Shown here piece after piece: positions 57,729 to 64,000 of a stretch of 64,000 bases of DNA. A program made the position numbers and the translations under genes. The notes beneath the pieces were generated by a model. That model worked only from the letters and a program-made list of their open reading frames with translations. It was not told the DNA's origin and made no database searches. Source of the stretch: Polyangia bacterium (lineage in GTDB: Bacteria; Myxococcota_A; Polyangia; JAAYKL01); the NCBI GenBank assembly GCA_050287845.1, contig JBNKCR010000055.1, forward strand, positions 32,001 to 96,000, in the 5' to 3' direction. Positions within the stretch are counted from its first letter, which is position 1, and the number at the start of each line of letters is the position of its first letter.

Positions 57729-58358
57729 TCATCCATAGAGGTGAGCATTGAGTCTGGCAAGCATCCGATCCAATTCCACTCCCGGCGTCAAAGAAGCATT
57801 GATGCAGCGAACCGCACAGATATTCAGGGCGCCCCCCTGCAATACCGCATCGACGTTGTCGTGATCAATCCCACCGAGGCACACCGCTGGAACGGTGGAC
57901 ACTGCCAGCATCTGCTGCATGCCGGAAATCCCCAGAACCGGATCGGGAATTTTTTTGGTGGGAGTGGCGTAAACCGGCCCAACGCCAATGTAATCGGGGT
58001 TCAACTCACAGGCTGCCCGCGTCTGAGCAGGATTGTGGGTCGATAACCCGATGATGGCCTCTGGGCCCAGCAACTGCCGGGCAGCTTCATACGCCATATC
58101 CCCCTGTCCCAGATGAACACCATCTGCGCCACATTTTTTTGTCACATGGACACTGTCGTTGATGATGAATTTTACGCTGGCGGGAATGATGGGGCGCAGC
58201 CTCAGTGCCACAGCCAGGACTTCATCTTCCGGAACATCCTTCATTCGCAATTGAATGATTCTGATTCCCTTTTCCACCATGATTTCAGTTAGTTTTTCGT
58301 ACCCAAGTACCGGATTAGTCAGAATACCATAGAAGCCAATTTGAAGTGTCTCTGTCAT
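57729..58358 (-). CDS. thiE: Thiamine-phosphate synthase
   Basis: IQLRMK, IIND, ADGVHLGQGD, IGLSTH, GPVYATPTK. Confidence 0.95.
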   Translation of the reverse strand: MTETLQIGFYGILTNPVLGYEKLTEIMVEKGIRIIQLRMKDVPEDEVLAVALRLRPIIPASVKFIINDSVHVTKKCGADGVHLGQGDMAYEAARQLLGPEAIIGLSTHNPAQTRAACELNPDYIGVGPVYATPTKKIPDPVLGISGMQQMLAVSTVPAVCLGGIDHDNVDAVLQGGALNICAVRCINASLTPGVELDRMLARLNAHLYG

Positions 58359-58530
58359 ATTACAATTCCTCTGCGGCCCTTGTATCACGGTGCCAACGAA
58401 AACAGGAGGAAAAATTCCACACGCATGATTTCATGCCTATCCACTCAAACGACATCCGACAGCAGGTAAAGTTCCACAAGGAAAGGATGCGCGAATGCAA
58501 CACGAGAAAAAAACTGCCTGAAACAGAAAG

Positions 58531-59139
58531 CTATCCGGGAATGATTTGCGCCCGAATCAGGTACTCGATAACCGTTTCAACGCTACTTTCAATGGATTGC
58601 ACGCCTGTGTCCACTTCGACTTCCGGGGAGACCGGCGCTTCGTATGGCGCATCAATCCCCGTAAACCCGAAAATTTCACCTGCGCGGGCTTTTTTGTACA
58701 ATCCCTTGGGATCCCTGGATTCACATACGGATACGTCAGCATTGCAATACACTTCGACAAACGAATTGGGCTGCAGTTGCCTCGCGATATCACGTTCGGA
58801 GCGAAACGGGCTGATAAACGCTGTCAGATTCACCACTGCGCAGTCCGAAAACAGTCTGGCCACCTCACCGATTCGGCGAATATTTTCGATGCGATCCTCC
58901 GTAGAAAAACCCAGGTTTTTACTCAGTCCGTATCGAATGTTGTCGCCATCAAGGACATAAGTACTCACCTTCCGTTCGTGCAGCGTCAACGCCACCGCGT
59001 TGGCCAGCGTGGATTTTCCAGAACCGGACAATCCAGTAAACCATAGAGTGGCTCCCTTGTGGCCATGAAGCGACGCCTTCATCTCAGTAGTCACATTCTG
59101 CTGATGCCATTTGATGTTTGTTGCTTTGGGTTCTGTCAT
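58531..59139 (-). CDS. cysC: Adenylyl-sulfate kinase
   Basis: WFTGLSGSGKST, LDGDNIR, RDPKGLYKKA, FTGIDAPYE. Confidence 0.97.
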   Translation of the reverse strand: MTEPKATNIKWHQQNVTTEMKASLHGHKGATLWFTGLSGSGKSTLANAVALTLHERKVSTYVLDGDNIRYGLSKNLGFSTEDRIENIRRIGEVARLFSDCAVVNLTAFISPFRSERDIARQLQPNSFVEVYCNADVSVCESRDPKGLYKKARAGEIFGFTGIDAPYEAPVSPEVEVDTGVQSIESSVETVIEYLIRAQIIPG

Positions 59140-59461
59140 TCATGGGTCCTTTACGGTAAAAAAGTATGCAACCTCGAAGCAATGCGATGACTCCTGTATA
59201 CCGATTTATCCGAATGGCTTCCAGGACATTCACATTTATTTTCGTTCTGATATTTTTGCCCTATCGGCTTCAATCCATTCTGGCAATGTCTGAAAATCAG
59301 TTGAAGCCTCTGAAATAAGACCCGATACACTAGGAATTGCGGAAAACAGGACTTGTATTACAGTCATCTCAAACATATAAGTCTAGCAAGCAGTGAATGC
59401 ATTCCCATTGATTACAAGTGTGCCATTATAAGTGGCACTCCCAGCCCTAAGGAATAGAGGT

Positions 59462-60787
59462 ATGAAACAGAAATTCACAATGAAAAAAATACTGGCAGGA
59501 ATGGCTGTCGCGTTGTTCAGCCTTCCGGCAAATGCCCAACTTCAACTGTCTGCAGAAGCAAATGCTGAAGCGGACACAAACAAAGGCGCCGCTGCAGGAG
59601 GGGACGCCGCGGAAGGGCCCGCTGAAGAAGCCGCACCACCCCCACCACCACCGATGCCTGTCGCCGAGCCGGTTGCAGCAAGCGACCCAACCGGAGTTGC
59701 CGGGTACGACGGCGGCTTTTTCATTCAGACAAATGATGGTAATTTTAAATTGAAAATAAACGGTATTGCCAAAGCGCGCTGGGATTTTATTGTAGATAAG
59801 TACGAAGACTACAACGATGCCGGGGAATTCGATCCCGGTCACATCACCCACTCCAGCTTCAGCCAACCGTACGCCCGAGTGGGACTCTCCGGCAATTTCA
59901 TGACTCCAAAGCTGGGCTACATGCTCATGTGGGACTTCTCTACCAATAGCCCAATATATGCGTACGCGACATGGACGTTTCAACCCAAAAAACTCGTACT
60001 TCACATGGGGCGATTCATACGTCCCTTCTCCAGACAATACCTGACTTCATCCGCCAAACAGATGTTCGTCGATGGCCCCGTGGGGCAGATGGGACAGGGC
60101 ATTGACATTGGTCTGCAGTTGAGCAACAACTTCACCTCTGTAACCGGATTGGAATGGGCGGTGGGCGTTTTCAACGGAAACGGATCCATCGTAGGCGTAG
60201 ACAACGGTGACTTCTCGCCGGTTTTCGTTGGCCGTATCGGATATAACAATGGCATCAAAGGCTACTCCGATACCGATTTCGAAGGCGGTCCACTTCGATT
60301 CGGTGTGGGGCTGAGTCTTTCCACCGAATTCGACCACGATGATGATGATGTCACCACCCATTACATGGGCCTTGATGGCGCCATAAAAGTGAACGGTCTT
60401 GCTCTTGCCGCTGGAATTTACCTCGAGGCCCTGTGTGGAGAAGGATTCTGGGATTCGGAATCAAACAATTCCGTCAATGACTACGGCGTGGAAGTCAGCG
60501 GTTTATCGGCATTCGGCACATATGTTCATGCTGGTTATCTCATTAACAACAAATTTGAACCGGTTGCGAGATACGGCCTGCTCAATGGCTACTACGAAGA
60601 CAATGACCTGCATCAGCGGCTGACAGCTGGTTTCGCCGTTCATATTTTCCCCAATCACCGGTTCAAATGGCAGAATGAACTCTCTATCGACATTCAGCAC
60701 GCTACTGACCCGGAGGATCCCGATCAGGAAGATTCTGTAGCTTACCAGGATCTGATTCTGACCTCGCAGGTACAGTTCTACTTCTGA
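59462..60787 (+). CDS. Porin, OprO/OprP (anion-selective)-like
   Basis: Signal peptide; Pro-rich linker; GYDGGFFIQT.DG.F.LKI; PFSRQ; GVFNG; C-terminal QVQFYF. Confidence 0.8.
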   Translation: MKQKFTMKKILAGMAVALFSLPANAQLQLSAEANAEADTNKGAAAGGDAAEGPAEEAAPPPPPPMPVAEPVAASDPTGVAGYDGGFFIQTNDGNFKLKINGIAKARWDFIVDKYEDYNDAGEFDPGHITHSSFSQPYARVGLSGNFMTPKLGYMLMWDFSTNSPIYAYATWTFQPKKLVLHMGRFIRPFSRQYLTSSAKQMFVDGPVGQMGQGIDIGLQLSNNFTSVTGLEWAVGVFNGNGSIVGVDNGDFSPVFVGRIGYNNGIKGYSDTDFEGGPLRFGVGLSLSTEFDHDDDDVTTHYMGLDGAIKVNGLALAAGIYLEALCGEGFWDSESNNSVNDYGVEVSGLSAFGTYVHAGYLINNKFEPVARYGLLNGYYEDNDLHQRLTAGFAVHIFPNHRFKWQNELSIDIQHATDPEDPDQEDSVAYQDLILTSQVQFYF

Positions 60788-60962
60788 TAAATTCACAACA
60801 GTCTCCGCTCCCCCGATTCACTTCGCGTCATTCATCGACGCGATTACGCCGTTCGCCGAACAGTCTGTAAGTATTGACCGAAACAGAGATGCATTTCCTG
60901 CCGGACAGCACTAAATGGGGGATATGGGCGACTGTGAGAAATATCAATTTCCAGTTTTTCAC

Positions 60963-61019
60963 TTGACAGCGACGGAGGCGTCACTATGGTGTCATTCTGA
61001 ATTGAATATGAATTCAGAA
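60963..61019 (+). promoter_or_regulatory. Sigma70-like promoter and palindromic TetR operator candidate
   Basis: TTGACA (60963)-N16-TATGGT (60985); inverted repeat TTCTGAATT-N7-AATTCAGAA (60995-61019). Confidence 0.65.
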
Positions 61020-61110
61020 CCTGAATCCGTATTCGGCGACAGAATAAAAAAAGCAATTGCATCAACGAAAATTGAAATAAAACGATATTAATTATCGTAT
61101 CCGGAGCAGA

Positions 61111-61731
61111 ATGATGACCAGGAAGGAAAAAGAGGTTGCCGAACGAAAAGCGCATATTCTTGAGACGGCAGAAAAGTTGTTTGCGTTAAAGGGGCTTCAG
61201 AACACATCAGTGGCGGATATCGCACAGGCGGCGGAATTTGGCATTGGGACGATTTACAAATATTTTCAGGACAAACACACATTGATTGCGTCCCTGCTGG
61301 AAGAACGCGTTGCAGAGCATTTTGACGCACTGGACGCTGCCATTTCGTCACATCTCTCGCCACCGGAAGCGGTTGAGCGACTGATTGAAGCCTTTCTGAC
61401 TTCCATCAAGCGCCGGAGCGATTTTTTCAAAATCTACTTTACGGTGTTTCACCCAGCCCTTGAAGCAACCTCCTTTTTTCCGGAACTGGAAAAATTGGAG
61501 GAAAGAAAACGGGAACTTTTTACCCGTGTGGACGACATATACAGGGAAGGAATTGATCAGGGATATTTTATTGATGTCGAAGACGAGGAATATCTCACCG
61601 CCACCACATGGGGGGTGCTGATGTCCTTCTACTTCCTGGCACAGAAACGTTCCAATGGCGCAATTCACGTGGAAAAAATGAAACGTATTATCAAGCAGCT
61701 CCTGTTCGAACAGGTAAGGCTGACGGCATAA
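61111..61731 (+). CDS. TetR/AcrR family transcriptional regulator
   Basis: ILETAEKLFALKG...TSVADIA...GTIYKYFQDK. Confidence 0.95.
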   Translation: MMTRKEKEVAERKAHILETAEKLFALKGLQNTSVADIAQAAEFGIGTIYKYFQDKHTLIASLLEERVAEHFDALDAAISSHLSPPEAVERLIEAFLTSIKRRSDFFKIYFTVFHPALEATSFFPELEKLEERKRELFTRVDDIYREGIDQGYFIDVEDEEYLTATTWGVLMSFYFLAQKRSNGAIHVEKMKRIIKQLLFEQVRLTA

Positions 61732-61829
61732 ATGAGGACTTTATCAAATTTGGGGTACCCCAATCACCACTTTCCGGTGTTCCGGTAGGTAAGTTAACTG
61801 AAAAGTGACATATTCGTGGAGTTATCGAT

Positions 61830-62948
61830 ATGAAGAAATCAAGAAAACAGGCGTTCATCGGGCCACTCATTTTCACTCTGAATTTACTTCTCATCGCCGG
61901 ATGTTCCGGCTCAAAGGAAGGACGTGCGGATGTGTCTTCTCCCCCGGAAGATACAACCAAGCACAACATGAGCCAACCCCAGGAGGCCATCGCATCAGCG
62001 AAATCGGCGAAGATTGCCAACGTGCGTACTGAAGAAGTGAAAACCGGAAACCTGATCCAGAATGCATTGGCCCACGGGGTGACTATGGCGGACCATCACA
62101 TGGTGTACTCCTCAGAGATTCAGGGAAAAATCGAGTATCTGGGATTTGATTTGGGTGATGTGGTCAAAAAGGGTCGTCCGTTGGCTCGGATTGATTTTAA
62201 AACCCTGAAGGCACAGGCGGAACAGGCCAGAAGTACCGCTGATTTGGCCGATGCGACGTATAAACGTATTGCGAAACTGAAAAAAGACGGACTCATCAGC
62301 CAGCAGCAATTCGACGAAGCATATACCAGCAGCATTTCCGCCAAAGCGCAGCTGGCCATCGCGAACGCGGCACTGGCAAAAGCGGTGATAAAGGCCAGCC
62401 ATTACGGTGTGGTTTCGAAAAAATTTGTTGAAAAAGGGGAGTTCGTTGGCCCGGGCACGCAATTGTACGAGGTCATCGACTATCGGAAAGTGATTGTTGA
62501 AGCGCAGTTGGCTGAATCCCAGGTGGCATCGGTTTCTCCCGGTTCGAGAGTGAATGTACACATTGATGCCCTTGGCGAAAGTTTTGAAGGCACCGTGGAT
62601 AAAATTCTGCCAACGGCGGATGATATGAGTAAAACGTTCACCGCACGGGTGGAGATTCCAAATCCGGACCTCCGGATTCTGGTGGGGATGAGCGCGCGTC
62701 TGAACATTGATGCCAGGAATTATAATGATGTCGTGATTGCGCCACAGAATGCAATCATTGAAGAACAGACAGGCGCTCGCAGCGCTTTCGTTGCCAACGG
62801 CAATCGGGCGGAACGCCGGGAGGTCCTGCTGGGCGCACATCAGGGCGGCAATGTAATCATTACAGATGGTCTGAAACCCGGAGACCAGCTCATCGTGGTT
62901 GGCCAACGCGATCTTGTGGATGGACAACCAATCAGTATCATCAGATAA
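61830..62948 (+). CDS. RND efflux periplasmic adaptor (MFP) lipoprotein
   Basis: Lipobox IAGC; GDVVKKG, helical hairpin, GMSAR, GLKPGD. Confidence 0.93.
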   Translation: MKKSRKQAFIGPLIFTLNLLLIAGCSGSKEGRADVSSPPEDTTKHNMSQPQEAIASAKSAKIANVRTEEVKTGNLIQNALAHGVTMADHHMVYSSEIQGKIEYLGFDLGDVVKKGRPLARIDFKTLKAQAEQARSTADLADATYKRIAKLKKDGLISQQQFDEAYTSSISAKAQLAIANAALAKAVIKASHYGVVSKKFVEKGEFVGPGTQLYEVIDYRKVIVEAQLAESQVASVSPGSRVNVHIDALGESFEGTVDKILPTADDMSKTFTARVEIPNPDLRILVGMSARLNIDARNYNDVVIAPQNAIIEEQTGARSAFVANGNRAERREVLLGAHQGGNVIITDGLKPGDQLIVVGQRDLVDGQPISIIR

Positions 62949-63003
62949 CCGGGTACAATCGACAAAGCCAATCAATTCAATAACAGCGTAGTGGAGCATC
63001 GAT

Positions 63004-64000
63004 ATGAAAATCACCGAGGTAGCTCTCAAATTTAACGTAACTGTTTACGTTTTAATCATTTTTCTCATCATCGCCGGAGCCATGGCAGTGAAATCCCTGC
63101 CCCTCGAGGCTGCACCGGAAGTGAAAATTCCCATTATGATTGTATCCACTGTCTACCCCGGGGTGGCCCCGGAAGACATGGAACGTCTGGTGACCAATGT
63201 CATGGAAAGAGAACTGGCCGATTTGAAGGATGTGAAAAAGATGAGTTCATCCAGTGCGGAGTCATACTCGTCGGTCACCATCGAATTCGAAGCGGACGTG
63301 GATTTGGACCTGGCATACCAGAAGGTAAGAGACAAGGTGGACAAGGCCAAGGTGGACCTGCCCGCCGATGCGGAAGAGCCAGCCATAATTGAAATCAACG
63401 TCGCAGAATTTCCTATGATGCTGGTGAATATATCCGGCGAATACAAACTGGATAAACTGAAGCAGATTGCGGAAACGGTTCAGGACGACATCGAAACCAT
63501 CCCCGGTGTTCTGTCGGTGGGGTTATCAGGCGGCCAGGACCGGGAAATCCACGTGTATCTCAATCCGGGAAAAATGGAGTACTACAAACTCGGTGTGGGT
63601 CAAGTTATCAACCGCATCCAACAGGAACACCGCACCACCCCTGCAGGATATCTGAATCTCGGGGGAAGCAAATATTCCGTTCGAATTCCCGGAGAATACA
63701 AGAATGTCCAGTTGATGGAGGATATCGTTCTCAAATCCCCGGGGGGAAATCCCATTCGGCTTAAAGATGTGGGCAAAGTGGTCGATGGATTCAAAGAGAG
63801 GGAGACCATCTCACGGATGGACAAGACCGAGTGCATTACCCTGCGGGTTGTGAAACGGGCTGGCGCCAATATTGTGGAAATCGCCGACCAAATTAAAGTG
63901 CTGCTGAAGGAAAGGCAGAATTCATGGCCGGAAACAACAAAGTACTCTATCAGACAGGATCAGAGCGAATTCATTGATGATATTGTCACGGACCTGGTGA
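63004..64000 (+). CDS. RND efflux transporter permease (AcrB family), truncated by window end
   Basis: ATG 63004 after GGAG; MKITEVALK..., YPGVAPEDMERLVT, SSVTIEF, PADAEEP; frame appears open to 64000. Confidence 0.92.
   Translation, partial: MKITEVALKFNVTVYVLIIFLIIAGAMAVKSLPLEAAPEVKIPIMIVSTVYPGVAPEDMERLVTNVMERELADLKDVKKMSSSSAESYSSVTIEFEADVDLDLAYQKVRDKVDKAKVDLPADAEEPAIIEINVAEFPMMLVNISGEYKLDKLKQIAETVQDDIETIPGVLSVGLSGGQDREIHVYLNPGKMEYYKLGVGQVINRIQQEHRTTPAGYLNLGGSKYSVRIPGEYKNVQLMEDIVLKSPGGNPIRLKDVGKVVDGFKERETISRMDKTECITLRVVKRAGANIVEIADQIKVLLKERQNSWPETTKYSIRQDQSEFIDDIVTDLV

Noticed and set aside
58390..58530. TPP riboswitch upstream of thiE
   Set aside because: No GCTGAGA or CUGAU...AAU..CAGCG core on the minus strand
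60823..60843. Hairpin TCGCGTC...GACGCGA after the porin as terminator or ncRNA
   Set aside because: No U-tract and no recognisable RNA family
62112..63029. 305-aa antisense ORF over the efflux adaptor gene
   Set aside because: Antisense shadow of a well-supported gene

Overview
Chromosomal window from a Gram-negative bacterium, probably a Myxococcota-like deltaproteobacterium (inferred from Asp-Thr/Asp-Ser-stalked lipoproteins, a TPR-PEGA gene, a Cys-rich Pal and a Ser/Thr kinase-ATPase-TPR protein). The first ~22 kb is a hemicellulose (xylan/arabinoxylan) utilisation region: GH43-CBM6, GH95, GH62, GH10 and an unusual GH12-fold protein, all on acidic D-rich stalks and mostly lipid-anchored, plus xylFGH and an unfamiliar outer-membrane beta-barrel preceded by two tandem palindromic operators. 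Next come decayed genes (a Cys-rich lipoprotein, an ECF sigma/anti-sigma pair), a TPR-PEGA gene paired with a Notch-LNR-repeat lipoprotein, housekeeping genes (HesB/IscA, B3/4 editing protein, EamA, cpoB-pal, trxA, MATE, UbiA-family transferase), a sulfur assimilation operon (cysK, sulfite reductase, GltD/DsrL-like flavoprotein, cysH), a large kinase, rnfABCDGE, a barrel/ECF/FecR-TPR/lipoprotein cassette, thiE, cysC, an OprO/P-like porin and a TetR-RND efflux operon cut by the window end. No rRNA, tRNA, CRISPR array or intact mobile element was recognised. All calls are from motif reading by eye; no searches were run.
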